64,000 nt of DNA, taken from assembly GCA_963718515.1 (NCBI GenBank), contig OY970354.1, forward strand, positions 502,808-566,807. Reading direction: 5' to 3'. The stretch comes from an uncultured bacterium. GTDB taxonomy: Bacteria; Patescibacteriota; Minisyncoccia; UBA6257; 2-01-FULL-56-20. This document shows positions 9,452-20,701 of this stretch, one piece after another (the stretch's first letter is position 1; the number at the start of each line of letters is the position of its first letter). The translations under genes and the position numbers were made by a program. The notes beneath the pieces are model-generated. The model did no database searches. It saw nothing but the letters and a program-made list of their open reading frames with translations, and was not told the origin of the DNA.

Positions 9452-10075
9452 ATGCCCATTACCGAAGAGAACTATCCCATTCGCGGCGCGTATTTTGGAA
9501 AGCTTTGGGTAAGCTTCTTCATTTCTCTCATTATTGGAGGCGTTTTGGTGTTGATCGGAATACAACCCGCTGTTCAGGCGATGGTGTTATGTAATAAGGG
9601 AAATTGTAATCAAGGCGGGATGAGTTATGTATTGTACGCATTCACAATTTTCTTCGTGATTTTTGCTTTTTATTTCCTTATCCATGCAGTTAGTATGAAG
9701 GTCAATTTCCACTATGCCCTCGACGACTCCAACATCAGCGTGAAGAAGGGTTTATTTTCACGGCAAGAGCAATACATGCCTTACGAGACGATCCAGAATG
9801 TATGGATCGTTCAGGGGCCACTCGATAAAATGTTTGGAATTGCATCGCTAAGGGCACGGAACGCTGCGGCCGCTTCTGCGGCAGCTACCGGGGCCGCAAA
9901 GCAGACGATGTGGAGTGGTCCATCAAGAAGGGATCGCGAACAAGAGGCCGCAACGGTTTGGAATAACACGATAGACATTCCCGGTCTCGCGCGACAGGAT
10001 GCAGAGACATTGAGAGATGCTGTCTTGCAAAAGATGCAACAAAACCCTCCGGCGGACACAGGAGCGGGGCTTTAA
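9452..10075 (+). CDS. membrane protein with a bacterial PH domain (DUF304/YdbT-like)
   Basis: TM helices are followed by ISVKKGLFSRQEQYMPYETIQNVWIVQGPLDKMFGIASL. It is adjacent to its paralog (1 nt separates the stop from the ATG). Confidence 0.65.
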   Translation: MPITEENYPIRGAYFGKLWVSFFISLIIGGVLVLIGIQPAVQAMVLCNKGNCNQGGMSYVLYAFTIFFVIFAFYFLIHAVSMKVNFHYALDDSNISVKKGLFSRQEQYMPYETIQNVWIVQGPLDKMFGIASLRARNAAAASAAATGAAKQTMWSGPSRRDREQEAATVWNNTIDIPGLARQDAETLRDAVLQKMQQNPPADTGAGL

Positions 10076-10107
10076 GGGCTAATACTAACGGGATTGTTGG
10101 AGCGCAA

Positions 10108-10542
10108 TCAGCGTTCCAACTTCGTCCCATCTGGTGCACAATCGACGTGTTTATGATCCGAGTCGATCGGATGGAATCGTCCATTCCACGTGTACATTTC
10201 GTAATCGATAAATTCCTGGATAATGACACACAGTGACCGCCATAAGAGAGCGGTAAATCCGAGTATCATCCATGAAATAAAAAGATAAATGAACGGATCC
10301 AGTATTGATGGAACGATTGGTTGCATGGTCGGGAGCCAGCCGTTTAATGGATTGAAAACGATCAGCGCACCAAGCGAGAACCAATAAGTGAAGCAGAAGC
10401 CGCAGGTTAAAGCCCGACTTATAGGGTAGGGGACGTGCGCCTTAATGCCTTCGCGAAGCGATGGCAGGTCATTTAATAATTTTCGCCAGATCACTGTAAT
10501 GCTCCCAATGATGAGGCCGGTCATAATAAGATTAAAGATCAT
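10108..10542 (-). CDS. hypothetical integral membrane protein, ~144 aa
   Basis: The start is chosen at MIFNLIMTGLIIG. It has 3-4 hydrophobic helices. The upstream extension in the ORF track is Arg/His-rich and implausible. Confidence 0.5.
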   Translation of the reverse strand: MIFNLIMTGLIIGSITVIWRKLLNDLPSLREGIKAHVPYPISRALTCGFCFTYWFSLGALIVFNPLNGWLPTMQPIVPSILDPFIYLFISWMILGFTALLWRSLCVIIQEFIDYEMYTWNGRFHPIDSDHKHVDCAPDGTKLER

Positions 10543-10607
10543 TTGAGTGTTTTGATTTATGGATAAAGTTGTGGTGCCCGACCCGGATGGGATCGAGCAC
10601 CGTTTGC

Positions 10608-11000
10608 TCAACAATCTGCCGATGCGAGCACTCCATTTTGCAGCATGACCTGTTCGCGCATGGTCATGTGCATCTCCTCGTGGGTAGGGGCTACGACAAC
10701 GCCGCAGCAATTATAGAGTCCGAAGGCAACGCCGAGATCCCGCTCGACGATACCCCGGGCGATGTCGGTTCCCAAAAGGCGGATCAACTGTTTGCCGACG
10801 GCCGAATTGGGATCTTCCGCCTCAAGAAAGCGCCTTCCCGTCCGTTTCACGGTGTTTGCGACTCGCTTGAGATACGACATTCCGATACTGAGATCCCGGA
10901 CGAACGCTTCCTTGAGCACGTTTTCAAGTTCGGCGTCGTTCGCGGTGTCGAGATTAACCCTTCGTTCCGTGAGCACTGCAACCACCGAAGGATACGACAT
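10608..11000 (-). CDS. hypothetical protein, 130 aa, divergent from fur
   Basis: The start at MSYPSVVAVL is preceded by GGAGGG 5 nt upstream. I recognise no family. Confidence 0.45.
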   Translation of the reverse strand: MSYPSVVAVLTERRVNLDTANDAELENVLKEAFVRDLSIGMSYLKRVANTVKRTGRRFLEAEDPNSAVGKQLIRLLGTDIARGIVERDLGVAFGLYNCCGVVVAPTHEEMHMTMREQVMLQNGVLASADC

Positions 11001-11121
11001 ATTTTCCCTCCTAAAGAGCGATGTGCTGGCTCCCAATGGAACCAGTGTCTTCATTCTCAAGTCCAAAGAATGACGCGTCAATTTATTTGCAAATAGTTCG
11101 CAATTAGAATATTATGCGATT

Positions 11122-11574
11122 ATGGCATCCAAACGGGAATTCAAGCACATTCTTCGGAAAGGGGGTCTTAAAGCGACATCGGCGAGAGTTGCCATCCTTG
11201 AAACCTTGAAGGCGGTGAAAAAACCTATGAGCGCACAGGCGATCTTCGAAATGCTTGCCAAAGACCTTGATCGGGCGACGGTATATCGAACCGTAAAATC
11301 CCTTAAGGAAAAAGGCATCATCGTTCCTATCGATCTGCGGCATAACCACGCACATTACGAATTTGCGAACCTTGCCGAACACCATCACCTTATCTGTATC
11401 AAGTGCGGTAGAGTGGAGGATGTACATCACTGCGGCCTGGAGGAGGCGCAATCAAAAGTGCTCCGCTCATCGAAACATTTTGCGAAGATCACCGAACATG
11501 CCTTGGAATTCTACGGTGTATGCAGGAAGTGCGATCGGAACACGGGGATTGAACACGCCGATTTTCACGCTTAG
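11122..11574 (+). CDS. fur: Fur family transcriptional regulator
   Basis: Winged-helix segment ARVAILETL...MSAQAIFEML...ATVYRTVKSL, then HHHLICIKCGRVEDV and CRKC metal sites. Confidence 0.85.
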   Translation: MASKREFKHILRKGGLKATSARVAILETLKAVKKPMSAQAIFEMLAKDLDRATVYRTVKSLKEKGIIVPIDLRHNHAHYEFANLAEHHHLICIKCGRVEDVHHCGLEEAQSKVLRSSKHFAKITEHALEFYGVCRKCDRNTGIEHADFHA

Positions 11575-11597
11575 GAATACTGTTATACCATTAAGCG

Positions 11598-12101
11598 ATG
11601 CAGGAATACGTGACGGATGCGGTCATATTAAGAAAAGACAGTCTCGGCGACCTCGATGGCCGCTATACCCTTTTTACGAAGCGGTTTGGCAAGATCATCG
11701 GGAAGGCGAAGAGCTCGCGGAAAATTACCTCAAAGCTCGCCCCGCATCTTGAGCCCGGTATCGTTGCAAAAGTGCGATTCGTGGAAGCGAAGGGGACGCA
11801 GATCATTGACGCACTTAAATCCCGGCGCCTGGAAATGCTTCTTAACGATCTTCATTGTCTGGGGCAGCTTCTTCCGGACGCCCAGCCCGAAGAAGATCTA
11901 TGGCATCTGCTTGCGAGCGGTGGCTTTTCTTGGGCCAGGGCGCTCGCCATATTGGGATGGGATCCGGAACATGCGGAATGCATCGGATGCGAAGCCGTCC
12001 GTCCCGAATATTTTTATATCCCCCGCCAGGAATTTTATTGCAACCGGTGCGCTTCAAAAGTGCGCCGCGATGCGGTAATATCAATATATGCCCGATTATA
12101 A
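11598..12101 (+). CDS. recO: DNA repair protein RecO (short form)
   Basis: 167 aa. An OB-fold-like N-terminus (AVILRKDSLGDLDGRYTLFTKRFGKI) is followed by the C-terminal zinc motif CIGC...CNRC. Confidence 0.6.
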   Translation: MQEYVTDAVILRKDSLGDLDGRYTLFTKRFGKIIGKAKSSRKITSKLAPHLEPGIVAKVRFVEAKGTQIIDALKSRRLEMLLNDLHCLGQLLPDAQPEEDLWHLLASGGFSWARALAILGWDPEHAECIGCEAVRPEYFYIPRQEFYCNRCASKVRRDAVISIYARL

Positions 12102-14001
12102 TCCGAATTCGATCTGGGGAAGTAAAGAGAAAAAATATACTTACGATACTAAAAATTCCCCGGCGCAGAAGCCGGCGGATGGGGGAACGCAACCAACACG
12201 ACAGCAACCGACCCCACCAGGCCACGAGGATATCGAACAAAGGCCCCCATCATTCTTTCACCGGCATCGCCTGCTTTTTTTTACCATAGGATTATTGCTC
12301 GGCCTCGCACTCATCGCACTCGTTGCGTATTTAATACTTCCCGCACCGACGCCGAATGTGGCCATATCCTTCTCCAATCCGGGAATCATAGTGGTCGGCG
12401 TTCCATTCCCGCTTACCATCACCGTTTCTAATAAATCAAATAGCGTTCTCCAGAACGGGGAGTTGAACATCACTCTCCCGAGTGGCATTGTGCTCGCGGG
12501 CGACGACCCGAGCGCGCCACAAAGCGTCATTACGGAAGCCATCGGTACGCTTAGCTCGCAAACGATAAATCCCCCGGAGACCGTCCAACTGATCGTCACG
12601 GGGAATCCTGGCACCTCGCAATCCATCAGCGCCGGTCTTACGTACCAAACCGCCGCTACGGACAACACCCAGTTTGAATCAAGTGCGAATACGTCGCTCG
12701 TGATCGGGTCGCAATCCGCGCTCTCACTCTCATATACCGGGCCATCGAGCATCTTTAGTGGACAAAATTTTGACCTTGCGGTCAATTATCAAAATAACAC
12801 CACAAGCACCTTGCAAGGGGTAGAGCTCAAAATGCAGTATCCGCCAGCATACACTTTTGTGAGTGCGAGCGGCAGTTCGCCGACCAATGGGGGAGGCACT
12901 CTATGGAATCTGGGCACGCTGGGGCCGAACGCGACGGGGACCCTTATCCTTACGGGAAATATCGTGGGACCGACCCAGGCGCAATACCAATTGACCGGTA
13001 CGATGAGCGCAAATTTTTCGGGGCAAAATTATCCGGCGTATAGCGCAGCGGCGAATTTTGCCATCGCCGCATCGCCGCTCTCTCTTTCGATCAGTCTTAA
13101 TAATTCACCAACGTATGTTAGTAATGAAGGAGATACGCTCGATTACACGCTGACCTATACCAATAATTCGGATGTGGTATTCCAAACGTTGAACATCTCC
13201 GCTGCACTCCTTGGGCAAATGTACGATTTTTCATCACTCAAAAGCGACGGTTCGTTTAACTCGCAGAACAATACCATCACCTGGTACGCGGCGAATGCGC
13301 CGCAGTTGCTCTCGCTTGCCCCCGGACAATCGGGATCCGTCAATTTTACCGTAAATACCTTGCCATCATTCCCCATCCGTTTGCCGAGCAATAAAGATTT
13401 CTCACTGAATGTGACGGCACAGATCGAATCACCGACGGTACCGCCGAACACGGCCGGATCGAATACGGTTTCCATCACCTCGCTCACTACCAAAGTCGGT
13501 GGGGATATCGCGCTTGCGGCCACGGGATATTCCCATGAACCGACAAGGGGGATAACAAACACCGGTCCTTATCCGCCCAAGGTCAACATGCCGAGTGAGG
13601 ACACGATCCACTGGGACATTACCAATTATTCAACCGACGCGGAAAATGTTACCGTATCTGCGTACCTTGAATCGGGCACCACGTTCACCGGCGTTTCTAC
13701 GAGCAGCATCCCATCATCCACGCCGACGTATAATGCGGGTACCGGACTTATCAGCTGGACCATCCCATACATTCCGGCGACGACAGGGGTGATCAGCCCA
13801 CCGGCACAAATGGTATTTCAGGTGACGAATACGCCCGCGGTCAATCAAGTTGGCCAGACCGTCACGCTTCTTGGGCCGACGACGCTTACCGCCACCGACG
13901 TCTTCACGAGCTCTACCGTGCAAGCATCGGCCGCCGAAGTCACTACGCAATTCCCCAATGATCCATCGATTACGGGCGGCACGGGAGATGTAACACAATA
14001 A
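12088..14001 (+). CDS. large surface protein with DUF11-like repeats
   Basis: 637 aa. One N-terminal TM helix is followed by repeated beta-rich modules ([30 protein letters not shown]). Confidence 0.7.
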   Translation: MPDYNPNSIWGSKEKKYTYDTKNSPAQKPADGGTQPTRQQPTPPGHEDIEQRPPSFFHRHRLLFFTIGLLLGLALIALVAYLILPAPTPNVAISFSNPGIIVVGVPFPLTITVSNKSNSVLQNGELNITLPSGIVLAGDDPSAPQSVITEAIGTLSSQTINPPETVQLIVTGNPGTSQSISAGLTYQTAATDNTQFESSANTSLVIGSQSALSLSYTGPSSIFSGQNFDLAVNYQNNTTSTLQGVELKMQYPPAYTFVSASGSSPTNGGGTLWNLGTLGPNATGTLILTGNIVGPTQAQYQLTGTMSANFSGQNYPAYSAAANFAIAASPLSLSISLNNSPTYVSNEGDTLDYTLTYTNNSDVVFQTLNISAALLGQMYDFSSLKSDGSFNSQNNTITWYAANAPQLLSLAPGQSGSVNFTVNTLPSFPIRLPSNKDFSLNVTAQIESPTVPPNTAGSNTVSITSLTTKVGGDIALAATGYSHEPTRGITNTGPYPPKVNMPSEDTIHWDITNYSTDAENVTVSAYLESGTTFTGVSTSSIPSSTPTYNAGTGLISWTIPYIPATTGVISPPAQMVFQVTNTPAVNQVGQTVTLLGPTTLTATDVFTSSTVQASAAEVTTQFPNDPSITGGTGDVTQ

Positions 14002-14012
14002 GGATTAAAAAT

Positions 14013-15439
14013 ATGGAAAAAGCCAAAAAAAATGATAGCGGACTTATGGAAAAAATAGTTTCACTCGCCAAGCGACGCGGGTTTGTTTTTCCAGGATCAG
14101 AGATTTATGGCGGGTTGGCAAATTCGTATGAATATGGTCCGGTGGGCGTGGAGCTCAAAAAAAATATCCAGGATGAATGGTGGCGAGTGTTCGTGCGCGA
14201 GCGAAGCGATATGGTCGGCCTCGATTCATCTATTATTTTGCATCCCAAAGTATGGGAAGCGTCGGGGCACGTGGCGGGACTCGTGGATGCGATGGTGGAA
14301 TGCAAACATTGCCACACGCGCACGCGGGCGGACCATTTGATAGAGAATCATTTCGAGGCAAAGGGCGAAAAGATCAGCGTGGAAGGGAAAACCGAGAAAG
14401 GAGCTCGACGAGATCATTCATGAAAATAAGATAAAATGCCCGACGTGCGGGAAGTTTGATTGGACGCCGGTACGAAAGTTCAATTTATTATTCGAGACGA
14501 ATGTCGGCATCGTGCCGGAGGCGCAATCAAAAGTATATCTTCGCGGCGAAACCGCGCAGGGGATATTCATCAGCTTTCAAAAATATCTTCGACTCCACGC
14601 GCGTCCGATTGCCGTTCGGCGTCGGCCAGATCGGCAAGAGTTTTCGCAATGAGATCACGAAAGGTAATTTTATTTTCCGCACGCTCGAATTTGAACAGGC
14701 GGAGATAGAATATTTCTTTGATCCCGAGGAAGCCGATTGGAAAAAACTATATGAGCAGTGGAAGGGCGATGTTAAAAGTTTTGTGACGGGAAATTTGGGT
14801 ATTAAAGAAGATGCTTGCGCTGGCGCGAGCACGGTGACGAAGAGCGAAGTTTTTATAGCAAGCGGACGGAAGACTTGGAATATAAATTTCCGTTTGGGTT
14901 CAAGGAATTATGGGGCTTGGCGTATCGCACGGATTATGATTTGAACCAACATATGAAGCATTCCGGTGTGGATCTTTCATACACCGATCCGACGAGCGGC
15001 AAGAAGTTCGTGCCGCACGTGATAGAGCCTGCTGTGGGCATAAATCGGCTTATGGCGATGGTCATGCTCGATGCCTACACCGAAGACGGCGACCGTGTAT
15101 ACCTCAAGCTCAAGCCCCGCCTCGCGCCCTATAAAGCGCCGTGTTTCCACTTCTCGCCAACAAACCGGAGCTCGTTGGATCGCGCCCGCGAAGATCTATG
15201 ATCATCTCCAAAAGCAGTTTCTCGTCGCCTGGGATGACCGCGGTAACATCGGCAAGCGCTATTATGCGCAGGACGAGATCGGCACACCGTTCTGTATCAC
15301 GGTGGATTTCGATACGCTTGGCGAAGGCGAAGCGCAAAATAAAAATACGGTGACGGTACGCGACCGCGACACCGGCACGCAAGAACGCGTGGCAATAGAT
15401 GAGCTTCCGGAATTCCTCCATGGCAAAATTTATAATTAA
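14013..15439 (+). pseudogene. glyQS: glycine--tRNA ligase (alpha2 type), about 5 frameshifts as assembled
   Basis: GlyRS sequence runs through the frames in the order 0,1,2,1,0,2. Segments: [13 protein letters not shown]... / [17 protein letters not shown]...[10 protein letters not shown] / [45 protein letters not shown] / [10 protein letters not shown]...[19 protein letters not shown] / VFPLLANKPELVG / IAPAKIYDHLQKQF...GIGKRYYAQDEIGTPFCITVD. Shifts are near 14398, 14577, 14812, 15138 and 15178. Confidence 0.85.
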
Positions 15440-16728
15440 AGGCGGGAAACCGCTGTTCGGCGAGGTCACTATCGCCGGGGCAAAGATGGGCGCGCCTCAA
15501 AAATGATGGTCGCATCGCTTCTTACGGAAGAGCCCTGCATATTGGAAAATGTTCCAAATATCGGGAGATACGATCCATCATCGTAGAGTTACTGCAAAAC
15601 GATTGGAAGTGACGTAGAAATAGCAGGCTCGACCGCAAAGCTCACGACGCCAACCATAAAAAATAATCGCGTATCCACGCTCACGCGGCGCAACCGCATT
15701 CCCATCTTGGCACTTGGGCCATTGCTCGCGCGCACGGGTGAGGCGGAAGTGCCCGTTCTCGGCGGTGATAAGATTGGCGCGCGGCCGGTGGATATCCATC
15801 TTGAGGGATTGGCCAAGCTTGGCGCGCAAATCCAGATAACAAAAGACAGCTATCACGCGTGGGCGAAGGACGGCTTGCACGGCGCGGAAATAGAATTGCG
15901 ATTCCCAAGCGTCGGCGCTACCGAAAATATCATGCTTGCCGCGGTATTGGCAAAAGGCAAAACCGTCATCAAGAATGCCGCGCTCGAGCCGGAGATAATA
16001 GAGCTCGATGAAAATGCTGCAAAAGATGGGCGCGATCGTGGAACTCTGCCCGCCGCGCACGATCACTATCGAAGGCGTCGACGAAGTTGCACGGCGTCAC
16101 GCATCGCGTGATTGCCGACCGCAACGAGGCGGTTTCTATGGCGTGTCTTGCCATCGCAACGAACGGCCGCATCGTGCTGAAAGGCGCCGTTCAGGAACAT
16201 CTCATCACTTTTTTGAACGCCGTGCGGCGACTCGGCGGGGAATACGAGGTAGCGGACGATGGCATCGCGTTCTCTAAAACTCGCGCAGCCGCACTAAAAC
16301 CCCTCGAGATCCGCACCGATGTCCACCCCGGCTTCATGACCGACTGGCAACAGCCGCTCGCAGTGCTCCTTACGCAGGCGCATGGCATATCGAGTATCCA
16401 CGAAACCATTTACGAGGACCGCTTCGCCTACGCGCTCGATCTCAACGAAATGGGCGCAAAGATAAAAGTGACGACCGACTGTCCACCGAACGACCCATGC
16501 CGCTTCAATGGCAAAGGCGCATATCACTTTGCCGTGATCGACGGACCCACCACGCTCGCGAGCAAAAACCTCGCCGTGCGCGATCTCCGCTCCGGCATGG
16601 TCGACATCCTCGCCGCACTCGTCGCGAACGGCGTCTCGGAAGTGGAAGGCGTGGAAGAGATCGACAGGGGATACGAACGAATCGATGAGCGCTTGCGCCA
16701 GTTGGGCGCGGATATCACGAGGAAATAA
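15420..16728 (+). pseudogene. murA: UDP-N-acetylglucosamine 1-carboxyvinyltransferase, about 5 frameshifts as assembled
   Basis: Segments: MAKFIIKGGKPLFGEVTIAGAK / ASKMMVASLLTEEPCILENVPNIG / IIVELLQN / [10 protein letters not shown]...[17 protein letters not shown]...[35 protein letters not shown] / [11 protein letters not shown] / [14 protein letters not shown]...RGYERIDERL. Shifts are near 15490, 15562, 15598, 16000 and 16085. The last 640 nt are intact. Confidence 0.85.
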
Positions 16729-16770
16729 ACGGTCTCGACTTTCATCTCGTTTTCGCATAAAATATATCTC

Positions 16771-17779
16771 ATGTTTGGAAAGAAAATCGGCATCGATTTG
16801 GGCACGGCGAACACCGTCGTTTTTGTGCCGGGCAAGGGATTTATCATCAACGAACCGACGATCGTGGCGCTCACGCAGCCCGACAATACCGTGCTCGCGG
16901 TTGGCGCGGAAGCGAAGGAAATGATCGGCCGCACGCCTGATGAGATCGTGGCATACCGCCCGCTGAAAGACGGCGTGATCGCCGATTATTATATTACGAA
17001 GGCGATGCTCACATATTTTATCTCGAAGGCATCGGGCTGGTTCAATATCATAAAACCGGATGTCGTCATTTCCGTTCCCGCAGGCATCACGCAAACCGAA
17101 CGCCGCGCAGTGATGAACGCCGCGCGCGAAGGCGGAGCGGGCAATGCGTTCATCGTGCGCGAACCGATCCTCGCCGCGCTCGGCGCCGGCATCCCGATCA
17201 ACGCGCGCAGTGGAAACATGATCATGAACATTGGCGGCGGAACCTCCGAGCAGGCGGTGATCGCGCTCGGCAACATCGTTTCGTGGAACAGTCTTCGCAT
17301 CGCCGGCAATAAATTCGACCAGGCGATCATGGATTACATTAAAAAGAAATATGCGCTCGCGATCGGCGAGCAAACCGCCGAGCAAGTCAAGATCGCGATC
17401 GGTTCCGCCATGCCCACAAAGGAAAAAATGGAATATCAGGTGCGCGGCCGTGACCTCGTGACCGGCCTTCCCAAAGATATCGTTATCAATTCCAATGAGA
17501 TCGCCGAAGCACTTGAATCCGCTTCTTATCGAGATCGCCACGTCCGTGCAAAACGTCTTCAATGTGACGCCGCCGGAACTCGTGGCGGACATTATGGAAA
17601 AGGGAATCATCCTTTCCGGCGGCAGTGTCCAGCTCCATCATCTTCCGGAATTCTTTGAGCGATTTTTGGGCGTGCAGGCGTACGTCGCCGAAGATCCGTT
17701 GTTCTGTGTCGCAAAAGGCACCGGCCTCATTTTGAATCATTTGGACACATATAAGCGCACGCTCTTGAACAAACACTAA
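16771..17779 (+). pseudogene. mreB: rod shape-determining protein MreB, one frameshift as assembled
   Basis: IGIDLGTANTVV...NIGGGTSE...EIAEALE is in one frame. From about 17518 it continues as PLLIEIATSVQNVFNVTPPELVADIMEKGIILSGGS...AEDPLFCVAKG in the next frame. Confidence 0.85.
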
Positions 17780-17781
17780 GA

Positions 17782-18645
17782 ATGATAGGGCACGAGGCGG
17801 CCATTCATGATCTGAAAGATCTATACGAGCGCGCGGCACTCGGCCACGGATATATTTTAGTCGGACCGGCGATGGTGGGAAAGCGTACGCTCGCGATATC
17901 GCTTGGACATTATCTTGAAAAGGGAGTGTTCGAGTTGCCGCGAGAAGGCGAAGTGCTTCAGGAGATGAAGTTGATAGACGTCGCATTCATGCGATCGCTC
18001 GACCCGGCCGCGAGCGGTGATTCGATCGGCATTGATGCCGCGCGCGAGGTAAAGAACTTTTTATGGCAAAAACCGAACGCGAGCGCGCGGCGGACGCTCA
18101 TTATTGATAATGCGGAGCTTCTTACGACGGAAGCACAGAATGCATTGCTCAAGATCACCGAAGAACCGCCGGCATCATCACTCCTTATATTAATAACCTC
18201 TGATATAGAAAGTATTTTGCCGACGATCGCCTCGCGCTTGCCAAAAATATATTTAGGAGCCGTGACGCAGACGGCAATCACGCAATGGCTCATCGATGGA
18301 GAAGGTATGACAAAAGCGAAGGCCGAGGCGTTGGCAAAGTGCTCTCTCGGTAAACCCGGCATCGCGTGGAGGTTGTTGCACGATGCGGTATTTCAGGAAA
18401 ATCTCGCGTTGGCGGAACAATTCCTAAAAACGGTGCCGACCGCACGCCGTGACTTCATTAAAAAACTTATCGAGCCCGACGACTTTAATTTACGCATATT
18501 CCTCGATGCTGTTATAATGACCCTTGCATGGGAGAAAACCTCAAAAACAAAAGCCGAGTTTTGGCACAAAACATTAAAATTGTATGAGGGCGTAAATAAC
18601 TTCAGCCTCAACCCACGACTTCAATTGGAAGCACTTATGAAATAA
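17782..18645 (+). CDS. holB: DNA polymerase III subunit delta'
   Basis: 287 aa. AAA+ clamp-loader pattern HGYILVGPAMVGKRTLA, then IIDNAELLTTEAQNALLKITEEPP and IASRLPK. Confidence 0.7.
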   Translation: MIGHEAAIHDLKDLYERAALGHGYILVGPAMVGKRTLAISLGHYLEKGVFELPREGEVLQEMKLIDVAFMRSLDPAASGDSIGIDAAREVKNFLWQKPNASARRTLIIDNAELLTTEAQNALLKITEEPPASSLLILITSDIESILPTIASRLPKIYLGAVTQTAITQWLIDGEGMTKAKAEALAKCSLGKPGIAWRLLHDAVFQENLALAEQFLKTVPTARRDFIKKLIEPDDFNLRIFLDAVIMTLAWEKTSKTKAEFWHKTLKLYEGVNNFSLNPRLQLEALMK

Positions 18646-18650
18646 TTATA

Positions 18651-19211
18651 ATGACCATTTCCGAACAGATAACAAAGGATCTCGAAGTCGCGCTCGGCAG
18701 CATTACGACAAAGCTCAAACAGGACTTTTCGCAAATCCGTGGCAACCGCCCGTCGCCGGACATGATCCAGGATATCCGGCTTAGCCTCTACGATCAGATG
18801 CTCACCATTCGCGAGCTTGGGTCGCTGAACGTTCTTCCGCCACGCACCATCCAGATCACCGTCTGGGATCCGGGCGCGATCGCCGCGATCATGAAGGCGA
18901 TCGACGATGCGCACCTTGGTCTCTCCACTAACAACGACGGCAACACGATCCGCGCGACGCTCTCGCCGCTCGGCGACGAACGCCGCGACGAAATGACGAA
19001 GCTCGTCAAAAAGATCTCCGAAGCGGCACGCATCCAGATCCGCGCACGACGCGACGACGCGATGAAGCGACTTAAGGATTCGGAAAGTAAAAAAGAGATA
19101 ACGGAAGACGATTCATTCCGTGGTAAAGAAAAGATCCAGAAGGCGACCGACAAGGCAAACGGGGAAGTGGAGGCAATGGTAGACGGAAAGTTAGCAGAGC
19201 TAGGCGAATAG
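18651..19211 (+). CDS. frr: ribosome recycling factor
   Basis: 186 aa. Motifs FSQIRGNRPSPDMI...IQITVWDPG...LSPLGDERRDEMTKLVKK...IRARRDDAMK. Confidence 0.9.
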   Translation: MTISEQITKDLEVALGSITTKLKQDFSQIRGNRPSPDMIQDIRLSLYDQMLTIRELGSLNVLPPRTIQITVWDPGAIAAIMKAIDDAHLGLSTNNDGNTIRATLSPLGDERRDEMTKLVKKISEAARIQIRARRDDAMKRLKDSESKKEITEDDSFRGKEKIQKATDKANGEVEAMVDGKLAELGE

Positions 19212-19255
19212 AAAAGCCGCCTCAGGATCGCTCCGGAGACGGCTTGTTGAATCGG

Positions 19256-19516
19256 TCAGGTTTTGGATGGCTGTGGCCACCTCGTCGCTAAGAAAAGCGA
19301 ATCGGCCGCCAACAGTAAGAAGGTTGCCCACGCGAACAGTGCTGCCTTGTTAAGGGAGTTAAGAGCGGGAGGGATATCTTTTATGACCCCCAGGTCGAGA
19401 CCCAGCATCACACCCAACACGCTGAAAAAGAGAAATCCGAGCGCCAGCGGTATTACCAACAATGCCGCCAGCAGGTGGAAGATCGGGATTTTTGGGATCT
19501 TCATGCGCACACGCAT
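19256..19516 (-). CDS. hypothetical small membrane protein, 86 aa
   Basis: Three hydrophobic segments. No recognisable family. Confidence 0.4.
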   Translation of the reverse strand: MRVRMKIPKIPIFHLLAALLVIPLALGFLFFSVLGVMLGLDLGVIKDIPPALNSLNKAALFAWATFLLLAADSLFLATRWPQPSKT

Positions 19517-19617
19517 TCCACACCTCTTAATTGAACTTATAGTATTAAAACAAATCAGGGAGTAAAGTCAAGTTTTATTATTGAGCCCCGTCTGTTAGAC
19601 TTAATGGGATTTTTACC

Positions 19618-20688
19618 GTGTCTATCCTTATTATCATTCTCGTTATCATTGGACTTTCATTCCTGATCCTCGGCCACGAAGCAGGACATTTTTTTGCGGC
19701 CAAGGCGTTCGGGTTAAAGGTGGATGAATTCGGTATCGGCTTCCCTCCGCGCATCGTGGCGAAAAAATTCGGTGACACGGAATACAGCATCAACTGGCTA
19801 CCCTTCGGCGGCTTTGTGCGCATCTCGGGCGAACGGGGAGAATTTGAGGGAGTCAGCCCGGAAAAAAATGACGTAACCAGCACAACGGACGCTACCGCCG
19901 ACACGGACCGCCTCTTCTACAAACAGCCCACGTGGAAAAAGAGTATCATCGTGCTCGCCGGAGTATTTATGAATTTTATCCTTGGGTGGTTGCTCATCGC
20001 CGCCGTGCTCATGGTCGGCGTGCCGCAAACACTCGTGATCTCGGGTATCGAAACGGGCTCGCCCGCGGCGGCGGCCGGCATCCAGGCGGGGGATATCGTA
20101 AAGGGATATACCGACTCGCAGAGCTTCATTAATTTTGTGGATGCACATAAAGGCACGCCGATAACACTTACCGTCACGCGTAACGATAAAGACGAGAGCT
20201 TCACCGTCACTCCGCGTACGGACGCGCCGCCCGACCAGGGCGCGCTCGGCGTGGCACTTGAGGACGGCGGCGCGGCGCGGGAAAATCCCTTCGCGGCGAT
20301 CCGGGACGGACTCGAGGACGCCGCGATCATCTCATGGCTTACCCTCCAGGCCTTCTATGAGCTAATAAAACAGCTCTTCGTCCACGCGACGATCCCTGCG
20401 GATGTCGTTGGTCCCGTCGGCATTTTCGGCATCGCAGAAGAGACGGGGAAGATCGGCCTGGCATATCTTTTACAATTCCTCGGTATCATCTCGATCAACC
20501 TCATGATTGTCAATTGTATCCCATTCCCGGCGCTCGACGGCGGGCGTTTCCTCATGATCATCATCGAAAAAATAAAGGGTTCTGCGCTGTCATATAAAAT
20601 GGAGACGGTGGTGAACGGCATTGGCTTCGCGCTCATCATCGCGCTCATGGTGGTGCTCACCGTACGGGATATACATGGGTTGCTATAA
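19618..20688 (+). CDS. rseP: RIP metalloprotease RseP (site-2 protease)
   Basis: GTG start. Has the HEAGH zinc motif (LGHEAGHFFAAKAFG), a PDZ segment (GSPAAAAGIQAGDIV) and the C-terminal NLMIVNCIPFPALDGG. Confidence 0.85.
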   Translation: MSILIIILVIIGLSFLILGHEAGHFFAAKAFGLKVDEFGIGFPPRIVAKKFGDTEYSINWLPFGGFVRISGERGEFEGVSPEKNDVTSTTDATADTDRLFYKQPTWKKSIIVLAGVFMNFILGWLLIAAVLMVGVPQTLVISGIETGSPAAAAGIQAGDIVKGYTDSQSFINFVDAHKGTPITLTVTRNDKDESFTVTPRTDAPPDQGALGVALEDGGAARENPFAAIRDGLEDAAIISWLTLQAFYELIKQLFVHATIPADVVGPVGIFGIAEETGKIGLAYLLQFLGIISINLMIVNCIPFPALDGGRFLMIIIEKIKGSALSYKMETVVNGIGFALIIALMVVLTVRDIHGLL

Positions 20689-20701
20689 TCATTAAAAGAT
20701 C

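Noticed and set aside
16294-17610. A 438-aa minus-strand ORF, among the longest in the region.
   Set aside because: It is antisense to murA and mreB. It is R/D/H/G-rich with no recognisable motifs, an artefact of GC-rich coding sequence on the other strand.
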